The notes under the pieces: model-generated
What the model was told of the DNA's origin: nothing
Databases searched by the model: none
Seen by the model: only the letters and a program-made list of their open reading frames with translations
In this document: positions 39,670-53,343 of the stretch, one piece after another
Position numbering within the stretch: position 1 is the first letter of the stretch
Layout of the letters: the number at the start of each line of letters is the position of its first letter
Assembly: GCA_051294905.1 (NCBI GenBank)
Contig: CM119371.1
Location: 12,588,001 to 12,652,000, forward strand
Source: Botryllus schlosseri
Lineage: Eukaryota
Length of the DNA: 64,000 bases
Direction of reading: 5' to 3'
Made by a program: the position numbers and the translations under genes

Positions 39670-41053
39670 CAGTGGTTCCCAACCTTTTCGTCTTCATTCC
39701 CCACTTCAGATTTATTCCGAGCCTTCATTCCCCGCCAGGACCGTAACAGCACTTTGTCAGCCCCGCCAAAAACGTTGGTCTTGTGCCCCCAGAACTCCCT
39801 CATCCCCGTTGAGACTGTACGCTTTTCGCTACAACTTATCAGCTATATTGGGTCTACTGTTTAGTGCGTCGCCTTATTTCGACTAAACGCGAGAAACGCA
39901 AAAAATTCATATATTTCGTGTTTGAATCGGCCAATATAATCGGGAATTGCATATATTCTGCTATCAATTTTTTTGATCTCCTCTCTGCTCACGTAAACAT
40001 CGTAATCGTAATCACGTACCGGTAGAGCTGAGTGAGGTGTGCTGGAAAACCTAGGACCCGCTAAATAAGAATTGAACATCTTCGAGCTGACCCGTTGGTA
40101 TATTGACTTCTTTACATAATGCTATTTCGTGACCTCCTATATCTGCTATGTCTAAATATATGGAAATCGCTAAAACTAAAAGGCACACACGATTGTTATT
40201 GCTTTACTGGTAAATAATTTATCCCTTTGGGATGGCACTTGTCCTGTGGGGTTCGGATCGCCAGGACGGGAAAATTCAGGGCCAGCCATTTATCGAATTA
40301 AACATATATGTATATTGTATTATCGAAGTTTTGGGTCACCAAAAGGGCACACCTTCTCGGCAGGTCTTCTCGCTGCTAATCGTTCTGGCACACTTCTTGG
40401 GATTGCATGCTACATGGCGCAGTAATGGCCGACACCGAAGTCTCCATTTCTATAAATTCTTCGTATTTTCCTGGGGCAAGGGTATAGCCAATATTCCGAT
40501 ATTCGGCAATATTAAATCGCGTACCCAGCGCGATTTTTTTTTTAAATATGGCATAAATTTAACAGAAAAAATCCGTTAATTTATGTTGATTCACAAAAAA
40601 ATTTTAGGCGCTTTCGGGCTCGACCCCCCCCCCAATATTGGGGGTTTGGGGTGCGGCACGTACGGTTCTGTTCCCCACTGCCCAGCACTTTTGTCATCAC
40701 AGAGCAGCTATTTGCTGGTTTGACTACACAAGACAAGACACACAACCACACCAGTACGAAAGACAATCGTCTATAACTGCAACATAAAACGTATTGTGGA
40801 CCGATACCAGTAGCGCTAAAATTTCGCGAAAGCGTTATTTCACGTCAAACTAGTCGTGCTGGATGCGTTTGTGACGCCATCATTTGTCATCCAGAGTTAA
40901 AAATGAAGTTTTGTGAACAACACGCACTATAATTTTCGATACATACATTCCAGAGCAGTTAACTGGTAACGGTAATTGCGCATGCGTCTTCGTGAATATG
41001 TAGACTTGAATTCCCGACCAGTGGAGAATTCCCCAACCGTTTGAGAGCCACTG
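39670..41053. mobile_element. hAT non-autonomous element
   Basis: CAGTGGTTCCCAAC ... TTGAGAGCCACTG; perfect TSD GTCTACAA. Confidence 0.88.
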
Positions 41054-41955
41054 GTCTACAACGATTCTCGATGAAACCATCGCGATATGTTATACATTTA
41101 TTTTGAATTATTACTTCCTGCGAGATGCTCATAAATAGCGCAGTGTACATAACTTCGGCGGCGTAGCCAGGTGGTCTCGGGAGTTGAATTTGAGAACCCT
41201 TGTGTTAGATCGTAATCCGATAACATCGAATGCTGATTAGTATTTAGAATTTCGTATGCACTGTAGCCTTGCTCACCCTTACTCCGATTTGGCCAGTGGT
41301 GGCTAACCTGCGGATGTACGACCACATGCAGCCGTAAAACATTAATTATGCTGCCGTCTACACATGATTAAATTATCCTGTGTTGGCGGTCGTCTATATG
41401 CAATTCGAATCAAGGAATTGGTACCCAAATATTTGAGAGATTTTAATTCAACTTAAAAATGTTCTTCTCACTTGCCGCGATTCTTCGTGACTTGGATTTT
41501 CGTTTATAATATGATAGAGTAATCCTTCCAACCTGAGGCCCACTGTACAGATGTGAACGGAAGAGGAAAATGATGCGCGATTGGAGGAAATACCAAGTTG
41601 GAATCGTGTGCGTCTCTCGAATGATGGTTTTACTAGTATGTTAGAGTGATCTATGATATATTGTGACCATAGCGACAGTCCGAATGCATATGCAACAATG
41701 GGAATAATAAAAACCGGAAGATGAATCATCAGAAATCTTTAATTTTGTGCCCAAAATTTTTGCAGAAACCCCGTCGATCAGCTCTACCAATTAATCTCAT
41801 CACGTGGACTGAGAATGGATCAATGTTTTACAGTATTATGTGTCTGTGCTATCATTGTTTTCTTGAGATATACCTTGCGTATTAAAGTTTCTAATTGCAG
41901 AAACAGAACCGCCACACGAGCTTACTATATATGCACCTAAATCCCGAGTATTATT

Positions 41956-42387
41956 TTAAAGACAAGTTATTGAGATTCGTTGTATAGTCGCATATGGCGC
42001 GAAAAATTCAACCTCGTGATTGAATTTCGTCGATAATATTGGTAGTTCACATATATTACTGTCAAATATGTAACCGTTCTCAGTCCACGTGATCAGATTA
42101 ACTGGTAGAGCGGATGGAGGGATGTCTTCGAAAATTTTGGTAATAAAATTAGAGATAATGTATCTTCCGCTTTTGTTAATCACTTTGTTGCATGTTATTA
42201 CTTCTGGACCTCTCATCGGGATTGGCGGTATAGCCGAAATATGTTGCAATCGCTCAAGCTCATTATAAAAACCATCTTTTGTGAAACGCGCAGGATTCCA
42301 ACGATTCCAACGATTCCGCGATTCTTTGAAGAGCGCATTATTTATGCGGTTCGCATATGCACGATGGCGCTCTGATTGCAAGCACAC
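41956..42387 (-). pseudogene. Best-preserved relic ORF (segment R, 143 aa), unknown protein
   Basis: Open frame; paralogs at 11960-12400 (-) and 41540-41850 (+) keep WNR..F..DGF and ALP.NLITWTENG motifs. Confidence 0.6.
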
Positions 42388-45300
42388 TATTATATTAAAA
42401 ACTAATATTCCACTTCACCCTAAATCGCAGCAAGCAAGTAGTAAATCTTCAAGTCAAATTAAAATATCTCAGATCTTTGGGAACCAATTTAAATTGCATA
42501 ACGACGGCCACCAACACACGCTAATATAAATATGTGTAAATATATGTAATTATAATTACGGTTTTACCTACGGCCAACCCTGGCCTAATCGAAATAAGAA
42601 TGAACAAGGTTGCGACGCATAGGATATGCTAAATACTAATAAGGACTCACGGTTCGCGCGCCACTGTCTAACACAGTGGTTCTCAAACCCGATCCCGAAA
42701 CCCCCTGGCTACGCCTCTGCAAATATGTACGCTGCGCTATTTATAACCATCTGGCAGGAAGTAACGATTCCAAATGTCTGAATTGTCGCGGCGGTTTCCT
42801 CGAGAATCATTATATACAGTTATCGCAAGCTGAACACATGTTACATCCACTCTGTTCTACTCCGGAAGGAACCAAAAAGTCCATTGCTAGCGGGTAAATA
42901 ACGATGAGAAAATTTGCTTATGATATCATGAAAGAAAACGTAATTTATTAGCGGCGTGCAGTGGATATAAACATTGCGCGATGTTGCACATCCGGTCAAC
43001 TTTTTCTGAAGCACGAACATAGGCCGGTTATAGGTATACCCCAGCAGACCCCATCTTAGTGGCACACCGTTTAAATATGCTACGTTACACCCTATCTATG
43101 ACACACCCGGTTGAAGAGCCCTGGTCGAATACTTTATTTATTGTAGTAACTGAACGGCACCATAATGAAGTGCGTGCAATTTCAATCGTGGGTTTAATAG
43201 ACGATGTATTACATCATGAGTTAATTCAATATTACTCCGCAATCAAAACCAATTCCATTAGCGAGACAATTCATTTGGAAGTTACTTGTAACATAAAAGT
43301 CCAGTTTTAAAACATACATGCATGTTAATACCGTGATTACACATAGAATTATATCATCGTGCACGAATACAACATATTTATATATTTTCAGTGATCCTAT
43401 ACCATGCGGCAAAAGTAAGTATATATTGCTTGGGCGAAAGCATAAGCAACATCAGTCTATTTTTAGTAATCCGGAGTGTTGCGATGCTGAGTTAGTTTGT
43501 TGTATTCATGGTGTCTGTCGACTACTATGGTCATTTGAACCTGTCCGATATTCTTCATTTTTATTCCGTAGCTGCCGACTTGTAGCACGGCCCACTTCTA
43601 GGCTTTTAAACACTTAGGTAGGAATTCTGTAGTTTGCGATGCTACGTATGGTCGAATCCGCTCATTTCAGACACCAAGTGACCAGTTCAACCCCTTTATT
43701 AGGTGAAAATGATCGAGACCGAGAAAAAAGCAAAAATTGCACGCAAAAAACTTCCAATAATTCCGCAAATTCTCTACTTAATTCGGACACGGACTCGCAT
43801 TTCCTTTCGATAGGCAATGATAAAATGAACAGGCCTTACTACGTTTCAACACAAGATGAGTGATTATGGCAAAACAACAATGATCCATGCAGCAACAATC
43901 GACGATGAACTTATATAAGATCGTGCCAGCTATACAAAGTAAATTTAGTTGTGGTATAATTGCGGCCATCTTGTAGAGCAGAATGGCACAGAAAAGGCTG
44001 TTTCAGTCGTTGTCGCACTGTACAATTTCATTCCGATATGTGTGTGTTGCACAGCAGTAGAGTATTTAGTATTCCAAGAATCTTTTAGTTCGAAATACTG
44101 TACAATGCAACTGACCTGTACGTTTTATACGACCTGTGCCAATTATTGCAGTGTAGCGCAGTTGGCATTCATTCATTACTCAAAAGTACCGTATTTTTAT
44201 TGCGTCGTCTGTCTTTGCGCATGACCACGAAACGTATTTTCCGATTACTGAAAGGTAGTCAAACCTAAGTGTACGGATTAGGTGAAGTCGGCTGTATATA
44301 CTTCTCTGTGTTGTGCAATGCTAATTATCGTATTGAGATCCACACCTACAACCATGTCCCGATAATCCCCGTTCTTGTTGACTGCTTGCGATGTTAACGC
44401 CTTGGAACAAGACCTATGGCTTCATACAATGGGTATGTCTGCGACTGAATGGATGGTGGGTATTTACACCAAGCGTCGTTTACCTAAGGTCTTTGTTGTC
44501 AATATAATGACTTTTCGTTCTGACGTGATTAGACCTATTAGAAATCACGGTCGCCAGCCAATCTCTAAATAATTATTTGCGTAAATATAACACTTGATTA
44601 AAAAAAAATATTGCTTTAGTACAATTACGGGCATCACAATGTCGCTAACAAGTTGAAAATTGGCAATGCTACAAAAATCATACCGTTGCCGAGTAGCCTA
44701 CCTATTTTATGACGATAATTAGCGTCCTATTTATCAATATTTTCCGCAACTTTACTAAAACATCAAGCCAATTATTACCATATTTGCAGAGTACTTTCCT
44801 CACAATTACATTACCACACAAATCTTTGGTGGCGGGAATTTATAGAACCACTTTTAGGTTCGTCGCAACAAGTATATTTGTACTGTAGGGGTGAACGTGA
44901 GCATTTGGACTTGAGAGCCAACATTGCTCTGTGTCCTGCTTTCAGCTGTTGAGCTTTGAATATTTAGGAAAACATAGAACATCTCCAAAAGTCACTACGA
45001 AGCCGACTGCATACAGAGAGGATACAGAGAAGATACAGAGCGACGCGAGTCGCATCGAATCGCAACCATCCCTCGAAGTCAATGAGATGCCGACTGCATA
45101 CCGGCAAATACAGAATGGCGCGAAAGTACTGCTGGATATCCAAGCTGACACAATATTACTTCAAAAAATTCTAGACGATATCTACCATTAGCTGTCTCGT
45201 TTCCTAAGATGTGGATTGTATACGGATGATGGGAACTAGTTGTGATCTTTGATAATATACGTTCCTCATGTGTGTTGCAGTGATGAAATCCGGTTGTACG

Positions 45301-46571
45301 CTGTAAGTTTTGTCAGATACACCAGCATTTCGTCTACCTCCGAGATTTCCTGCAGTACTGACTCAAAATTGTTCCGATTCAATGGCAATCAATGCTATGT
45401 TCTAACGCAAGAGTGGGCAATTATTTTTCTCTGCGGGCCTAATGAAAAGCAGAAAATACGTTGGCGGGCCGAGTCGAGGCCGATTATTCTCCAGCGTACT
45501 GATTTTATTTCCAAATTGAAAGCAGTGAATTACAGTAAATGGTGCTCAGTGGATGTGCTGATATTGGGGAATGAGAAAGTGACACTTGATTAGCAAAAAA
45601 AAATATTCATTTGCCTTATATTTTGGAACAATGTTAAACATGATGCATTGGGGGGTGGTTTACGGTGCAGCAGTGACGGTCCTGGGGATAATATTAAGCT
45701 TATTGTCTTGTGCAATTTGGTGAAATTACCTTGCGGTTGAGCCAAGCTTGCATTTCTTCCGAAATTCACCTTCCCTTGACCGAGTGTATATGCAGTCGTG
45801 TAGCAGCCACTTGGCGGTTATGGCTCTGCGCCAGGGGTGGCAGGCTCAAAGGGGGCGGCAAAATGAGTCTGCACAGTGCACAGTGTACAAAGCCGGCTAA
45901 AAGCAGCGTAATTGGTAGTCCTACAGCTGGCGACCAGAGAGCTATAATTTAATCAAACTGGTCTCAATCAAAAGCGAGTGTCGCACTGATTCCGAAACAC
46001 ACACATTAAAATGTGAGCACGGCAATGGAACCACTCCGAAATATCCGTCAAGACCAATTGTTCCGAACAATCGGAGCGCCGCAATACAATGACCAGTTGA
46101 CCATGGTAATGGAAATTGTATCGAGCGATTATTTGGAACAATGCCGATTTTCAGGTTTTGATGGCTATTTCGGGGTGGTTCCGTTGCCCTGACCAACTTT
46201 TAAATTGTATTTCCGGAATCACGGCAACAATAGCTATCGATTTAGATCAGTATCGTTAAACTGGAGTTATCGAGAGAGATTGCGTAGTAGTGACGATTCT
46301 GGATCGGAGGTTATCCCGGGTTTCTCTGCCCCCGCGTCCCCATTCTTACGGCGAGAAAAAATCCCTGTCGTATCTGTTCATATTACATCGCATCGCATTG
46401 TGTCTTATTGCATTGTACATTGTGTGTGGGTCTTGTTCAGATGAAAATATAATCTGACCATTATATATTTATTATGATATTGATAAGAGGCTGGTGCGGT
46501 GCAGTGAAACCACGTTTAATCGTAATGCAACAGCGTTTGATGTTTTACAGTGGTTATAGTTAAATCACACC

Positions 46572-47894
46572 CAGAGGTGGTCAAAGTAGTCAAGAAAGCT
46601 ACTCAAGTAGAAGTAGAAGTAGCGACGAAAAAATCTACTCAGGTACGAGAAGAAGTACTTTTTCTATAAGCAACCTAAAACTACTTGAAGTAGAAGTTGA
46701 AGAAATTAAGAAGAGAGTAGAAGAAATTGACTGACTTTAAATCTACTCAAGCAAGCAAGTAGTTGAGAAAACGATCGTAATTCATTCACAGGGATTGTCA
46801 AAAGGTGCAAATTGAGCTATGCAAAAGGTGCTGAGCTTGATTAATATTGATGCATACGAGGAGATATCCTATTTTCGACAGCATAAGCATTCGTCAGCAT
46901 CATGGAATGAATGATAGTATTGGTATGGAAATGTGATATTAATATTCTGTTTTCTCGAACAGCACGTTTTAGAAAATATCATGGTATGGCGCCCGCCCCC
47001 GTATTATAAGGCCCGTAGTTTAGTCGGAGAGCGATACGGAGAAGTTGTATAGGATACGGTGTAAACACTTTGTGCGATTAGTGCACGTTAATAAAAAATA
47101 TGTTGGAACGTGATAATGCCATATTGTGTAGCTTTATTTCCGGGAATTAAAGGCGTTACTACACTTGCATTTATTCTTCAACACGTGTATGTTATCCAGA
47201 CAAAAGAACTGATATTAATTAGAACTCAAAGTATATGTTACTGGAAATTGAAAGTGAAGTATAAATACCACTTCTAAAAGTGGAACATGTATTTAATGTC
47301 TTTAGTCCGTAAAGTTTCAAAGGTGGTATGCCAAAACACATTTAAAACAAAAAAAAATTCAGAATCCACTTTTCCAGATGAGGACACGCTATGGACATGC
47401 TAGATTACGATATGATTAGTAAATGATAGATTGCGAAACATCAGTTTCAAACGTTATGGTGAGCCATATATACTGTGATGAACTATTTCATATGGGCGAA
47501 GAGCGACAATGTGGTGTGAACGGACCACGCCAACCCGCTACCTAAGTTATATTCACCGATACAATTGTGAAATTATAATGGTTACTCGGGATCCACTGCG
47601 CACGAAGCACGACAAAAATTTTGGGCTTTACTCAACTATTATGGAAGTTAAATGTTGATACTCCGTGAAAACAGCCCTGAAATTCCTCTGGCTATCTTCT
47701 TGATTGGAGGATTGAACTACTTATACTTGACAAACTGAAAAACAAAACAAAAAGTAAGTAAGTATATCACAAAATATTTCGAAGTAGAAGTAGAAGGAGC
47801 GAAAATCAGATCTACTTGAGTAAGTACCAGAAGTAGAGGAAAACTAGTTGAGTACTTCGAAAAAGTAAAAGTACAACGTTACTGACCACCTCTG
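46572..47894. mobile_element. hAT MITE with AAGTA/AGTAGA subterminal repeats
   Basis: TIRs CAGAGGTGGTCA/TGACCACCTCTG; perfect TSD ATCACACC. Confidence 0.93.
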
Positions 47895-47938
47895 ATCACA
47901 CCTATACTTGATTCGACACCATATATTTGGGCTTGTGT

Positions 47939-48154
47939 ATGAAACTTTGTCTGACCATTGGTGTTTCAATTGCGAGCTGTGAGAGGAGCTTCTCAAAGCT
48001 CAAACCGATAAAGTCTTATTTACATTCTACCATGAATAGTGATCGCCTATCAGCTCCATCCATTCTTTCTATAGAAAGAGACTACGTTCAAAAACTAAAT
48101 TTTTAAGACATTGTCGCTGATATCGCTTCGGCGAAAGGCCGAGAAGCTCAATAG
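47939..48154 (+). pseudogene. hAT transposase C-terminal dimerization domain (ZMYM1/Tip100-like)
   Basis: KLCLTIGVSIASCERSFSKLKPIKSYLHSTMNSDRLSAPSILSIERD...*DIVADIASAK, one internal stop. Confidence 0.9.
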
Positions 48155-49392
48155 TTTTGCCTAAAACATTCGTTCACCGTTTCTTGTCTTTATTATTTTT
48201 GGCCTTATAAACGCTGAGACGGTGCGACTTCTTACTTAAGCAATATATATTGCTTGAATATGAAACTATGTCGAAATTTGCTGCGGTCTACTTATTGGGG
48301 GCGGCATTTTCGACGAAAGTCATGGGCGGTAGCCCATGCTGCTACGCCACTATGTATGTCTTGGTGTTTTTGTCATAAACCTGACTTAAAGTATATTCAA
48401 TAAACATGGCGACCCGCTCTGCACTAACTACTAAGAAATCGGGTATACCTCTGACTCCAGTAAACAAATATTTATTCCTCCGAACCGTCTTCGAATTTAA
48501 ACTTTCGGCATTATTTTTTTTTTGACATCCATTATGGGTGATGATGACTCAGAGATCACTGGCACTGATTGACTTGTTTTACGAATTTGGGAGTTGGAAA
48601 CGCATCACGTAACAATTTGAAACACAGACCATAAAATGAGTAATGTGACAATGGCAACAAATATTGTTTGCTGACTTTAATTGTAACGGCATATTTTGCT
48701 ACATTGGCTTTAGTCTGAATCTGGATTACGCAAGATAGGTATGCGTATAGGCTGCGTACTCGCAGCATGTTAATGAACAGGCTTGATAGTAAACGAATTT
48801 GCGGTCAGTTGCAGCAACATTATAAAGTAGGTTTTGTATTTTCAATTTCAAGCAACGTTTCGCGGGCCGCACTAAATAACTCCGCGGGCCGCACTTTGCC
48901 CAGGCCTGTCTAACGTCATGATTGTGGGTTATTATAAATTTCGAATACATACGTCACGCGACTTTTATTATTATGTAAGTATTGCAGTTACACCAGTGGT
49001 TCCCAACCCAACCATTTTACTTCATTCCTAACTTCTGATTATTTCCGGTTTTCATTCCTCACAACCTAAAATCCTACTATAAAACCCTTAAACGGCTCAC
49101 TCCAATAAAATGTCGTAATAATTTGTTTCGTAAGGAATTTTTATTGGTGCAAGTTAAGACGAGTCAAAACTGATGGTGACGGCCCGTGTATAAAGAAAGC
49201 AATGATTATGCAGTTGCTCATTATTTTTTCAGAACAAACATGATTCCCATATTGAGTTAACTACGGTACTATTTTGTTATAACTCTCGTCATTCCGTTTT
49301 ATCGAACTTTAGGCTCACCAGAGTAATATGCCGGATGTCTCGGACAAGTCATTTGCTTGTTTGAGTAGCTTACACATCCAATATCCCTGGTA

Positions 49393-49544
49393 GGGTGGAG
49401 AGATACCGTAGTGGTAAAATCAACAGCTGCAACACCAATGGGTGGCATGTTCGAGTCCGACCAAGGTCGACATCAGAATTTCTACCTAAGTGTTGGAACT
49501 TTCTCCAGGCTTCTCTTCGCTTCTCATCCGTGCAAGCGGTGTCC

Positions 49545-49576
<32 letters not shown>

Positions 49577-50039
49577 TAAATATTTGAACACACAACAGTG
49601 GTGCTTATAGCCGGATTGAGGCTTTGTGCTCCACGGCATCACATTTATCACACAGTTCAATGCATTTCTTCATGATCAACCGCTTTTTGCACTCCATCAG
49701 CAATCTCTGCATCTTGAAGAATTTCATCGGTTCTTTTGTCGTCGACTTATAGCTCGACCCACTGTCGTTTCTGGGCTTTTTCAAGTCACTGCATGATGAG
49801 GAGTCGATATAACCTCCGGCACATAGTAATTAGTCCGAACCGGGATTCGAACCACTACCATTGGTGTCGTGGCGCTGGCGCTCAACCAAGTGCGCCACTC
49901 GCTTCCCCAAGCGGTGTCCTATAAAAAGCTTCGAAATGGGCCGTGCTACAAATCGGCAGCTACGGAATAGAAATCAACAAAATTTGCCTGTCGTAAATGA
50001 CCATAATAGTCGACAAACACCATGAATACGACAAGCGAA
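49393..50039 (+). mobile_element. tRNA-derived SINE family A, full length, interrupted
   Basis: A-box-like TAGTGGTAAA, B-box GTTCGAGTCC; 14-bp TSD CAATATCCCTGGTA (49379/50040); empty site at about 19010. Confidence 0.88.
49548..49907 (-). mobile_element. tRNA-derived SINE family B, full length
   Basis: A-box TGGCGCACTTGG, B-box GGTTCGAATCC, (TAA)n tail, 15-bp TSD CAAGCGGTGTCCTAT (49533/49908). Confidence 0.92.
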
Positions 50040-50199
50040 CAATATCCCTGGTACTTCAGACAGTACGCATACGCAATCGCCTTTTACTGCAATATCAACC
50101 TTCTTGTGTGCCGGTGTCCCGCAAAATTCTGCGAAAGCGGTATTGCACGTCATACTGCACCTGCTAAATGTGTTTGTGACCCCAATGTTGGTTATCCAG

Positions 50200-50412
50200 T
50201 TTGTTTGGTTCTTTTGTGGTATTTATGGTATTTGTCGACTACTATGGTCATTTACACCAGGTCGCTATTCTTCATTTTTGTTCCGTAACTGCCAACTTAT
50301 AGAACGGCCTACTTCTAAGCTTTTTGTAATACATCGCTTACGCGGATGAGTTGGCGAGGAGGAGCCTAAATAAACCTCCAACACTTGAGTAGGAATTCTG
50401 AAGTTGACCTCT
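50200..50412 (-). mobile_element. SINE family A, 5'-truncated
   Basis: Flanked by degenerate duplication TGGTTAT(C/T)CAGT; empty site at about 19152. Confidence 0.8.
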
Positions 50413-51310
50413 GTGGTTATTCAGTGTTTGTGAACAACACACATTAAAGCTAGCGGCACCTACAGTTCAGACCTGTGAACTGGAAACTACCGTAATTGTG
50501 GTGTTCTGCCTTGGTATATATGTATATACTGTAGATAAATATTTGCAAGTCCGTCTGTTACCCACCGAAACCCCTGAATTCCCCGCAACTGGGAATTTCC
50601 CTACCGGTTGGGAACCACTAAGTTAGACACGACACAAACAGTTTGCTATGCTCTGTTGGATATTATTGCAATAGGGTTTATGTGCAATGACGTTTCCAAT
50701 TGCTTGAGGACTTGTCAAACAACCACTTCTGTGAGTCGCATTCCTTTCCTACGCATCCTTCAGAAATAGGATAGGCAGGGAAAGCACGACGCTACACTAT
50801 AGGGTGCCTGACACGTGAATACATTGCATATATTCCAATCGACCATTTGTAGCGCGAGGAAAAAAAGTGCTGCATCAAGGCGATGTGCTTTCGTAGCCTT
50901 AACTATTAATCAGAGGTGTTTCCTGGTAACATAGAAAATATAAATTAATGGTCACCAACGCGGTGGTGGCGTACTAGCGGTAGCCCGCGAGAACCAAATG
51001 AGTTGCCTGCGGTCGCGGTAGCAAATATTCAAATGAGAGATTTGAAAGTCGAAGCAAAGAAGGGATCGACATGAGCAGCAGTCGGTTCAGTCGACTTCAA
51101 GGAACATACAAACGCGCTTTTATCTTCGCCCAGGCGGATGCTTAATGGGAATCTAGTTAATAATCCCGAGTCTCAACGCGTAAATTGGCGCGAAGTGCGG
51201 AAACGCAACCGAGCCCGGAGACGCTGGTGTATGCGTCCCGGTGATTGGGAGTTTTCTGTTCTTGGTACGAGGTGGAAACCTTCATCAGTGCTTTGAATGT
51301 CTGTCTAAGT

Positions 51311-52268
51311 CAGTGGTCGGGAACCGTTTTTGTCCGAAGAGCCATATTGGCCCTATTTTTCCATCTCAACTTTCAAAGAGCCATAAATGCCAATTAACTG
51401 TTACGTCACAATTGAGAATTGGTGACGTCATAGTAGCACTAAATCAAACTCACTACATGGAATTCCTCGTGCGCGCCATATTTTCTCTGTAAAAACTGAT
51501 ATTTATTGTTCTAAAATAAAGCTCGAAGCGAGAGGTAAGGCACAGACGGGCCTCTTCATTGATAACGCAATAATCCTAGGTAGATTAGAATTTAGCATAT
51601 CTGATATCAACTGTCGCACTCATTCCGAAAATCTAAATACTTGTCGACTTCTCAATTCTCAGAGTATTCGGCGGTAACATAACGTTGCGCTATATACATT
51701 ATGCAAGCATACATTTTATCGCCGTTACTACACAGAGCTATACTAGTAATTTAGTAATTTAGTATTACTTACCAATCACGAACGTGGATAGCTATGGCGT
51801 TGTTTGTTATTCGAGTTTGTAATTGTGAATGTCACATCCACAACAATTCATTTCGTGCCGTAGATCAGGAACACAATGTGTATTTGAAAACTGCGTTTTG
51901 AAATGGGAGTCGCTATGTCTGCTATGCTCTTTGATTACTCAGCGTATCGCGCAATTCAAGATTTCGATTCGGGTACATATAATTCGCGAGTGATATTGGC
52001 CACCGGCATGACACTGACAGTGACTTAAATGTGAGGATTTTGAAAAGAGGGGGTCCGAGCCCCTAAATCTGAAGACGGCATTGTCTTTACCTGTCAACGA
52101 CATGTTTATACTGCCACAAGAATGATTATTCTGGCAGTGATGAAAATTTACCAACAAGTCTCTGCAATATTGATCAATTCAGTACAATAATAAATATTTG
52201 ACATAGAGCCATATCTTATGCCCAAAAGAGCCATATATGGCTCGCGAGCCATAGGTTCCCGACCACTG
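51311..52268. mobile_element. hAT MITE (CAGTGGTCGGGAACC family)
   Basis: Perfect TIRs; TSD GTCTAAGT/GTTTAAGT; nested in an older element about 50948-52506 (GGTCACCAAC/GTTGGTGACC). Confidence 0.92.
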
Positions 52269-52365
52269 GTTTAAGTGAAGAAATTTGACTGGGCGCGGAT
52301 GAATGTCGGGAGTGACTGGTAGCCCGTGGCATTAATCACTGCCCACGAAGAAGCTTTTGGTTTCA

Positions 52366-52483
52366 CAGACTTGGACAACTAGATAATTTTAAGCTCTTCC
52401 GAATCAGATTAGAATTAGATTACTGGCATTTCGATCTAATTTAGTGAAATTAGACAACTAGATTATCTAGTTGTCCAAGTCTG
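52366..52483. mobile_element. Tiny MITE, TIR CAGACTTGGACAACTAGATAAT
   Basis: 22-bp perfect inverted termini with AGATTAGAATTAG interior; same terminus at about 63597. Confidence 0.75.
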
Positions 52484-52995
52484 GTTTCAAAGCCGTTGGT
52501 GACCCAGATATGAAGTATTGTACAAAATTGTTCTCATCCACGGACGACTGCCCTATTAGACCTGCCTTCAGTATGCCTGAGATGCGGGCGAAATAAATGC
52601 CTGAATGATTCGCATCTGATTAGAGAATAAGGTATCGAGTTTAGTGGAGTATTCTAGTATGAACAAACGCGACCACAAACATAGAACTTCGGTTCTACAT
52701 ATCAATGAAGATTATTTGGTATTTTCTCGGTCATATCTATTTCTTAGCAGTTTGTAGCAATGTTGTGGATTGATCACTACTTCACAAATGTGTCATTTCC
52801 ACTAATGCTTCGTGTTACATTTTTGTATGCTGCTGCAAATCAGCAGTCACTGGACTGCGGTGGTAGGTGCTATAATGATTACAATGATGCGATCTGTGTC
52901 ACTAGCGTATTCTGCTGCGTGAATATATGATAAATACTGAAATATCCCGGATACTAATACCAATTTCCATCATTGATCACAGTAACTTATGTAAT

Positions 52996-53307
52996 ATTAT
53001 ACTGAACTGTACTCGTTCAGGAAAAGTATCTTCCTGTCGACTTAAAAGTGTAAATACTATATTAGCGATAGGCTACAGATGGATATACACAACATGACAG
53101 ATAGTGCGAAATATCCTAATTGTTGTGTGTGGATAGGTAAGGCTAAATATTATACTGAACTGTACTATAGTTCAAGCGCCACTGTACAGGAAAACAGGCT
53201 TCCTGCCGACTTACAATTTTAAATACAATATTAGCGATAAGTTACAGATGACAATACACAAGCATGACAGATGCTGAGAAATCTCCAAATTGTTGTGTGT
53301 GGATAGG
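52996..53307. repeat. Diverged direct duplication, about 150 bp x2
   Basis: ATATTATACTGAACTGTACT...TGTTGTGTGTGGATAGG occurs twice. Confidence 0.85.
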
Positions 53308-53343
53308 CACTGTTTCGTCGTCACATATAATCAGTGTAAATAG

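Larger units (their letters stand above)
45793..48352 (+). mobile_element. Internally deleted Tip100/Zaphod-type hAT element
   Basis: CAGTCGTGTAGCAGC ... GCTGCTACGCCACTA; TSD TGTATATG/TGTATGTC; GGGGGCGGCA motifs; transposase relic inside. Confidence 0.8.
45408..48908. mobile_element. hAT MITE expanded by nested insertions
   Basis: CAAGAGTGGGCAA ... TTGCCCAGGCCTG; TCTAACG duplicated at both ends; GCGGGCC motifs. Confidence 0.75.
48994..50620. mobile_element. hAT MITE hosting three SINE insertions
   Basis: CAGTGGTTCCCAAC ... GTTGGGAACCACTA; TSD AGTTACAC/AGTTAGAC. Confidence 0.88.

Noticed and set aside
49830..49907. tRNA gene
   Set aside because: A/B boxes are followed by a SINE body, a TAA tail and a TSD; no complete cloverleaf is evident
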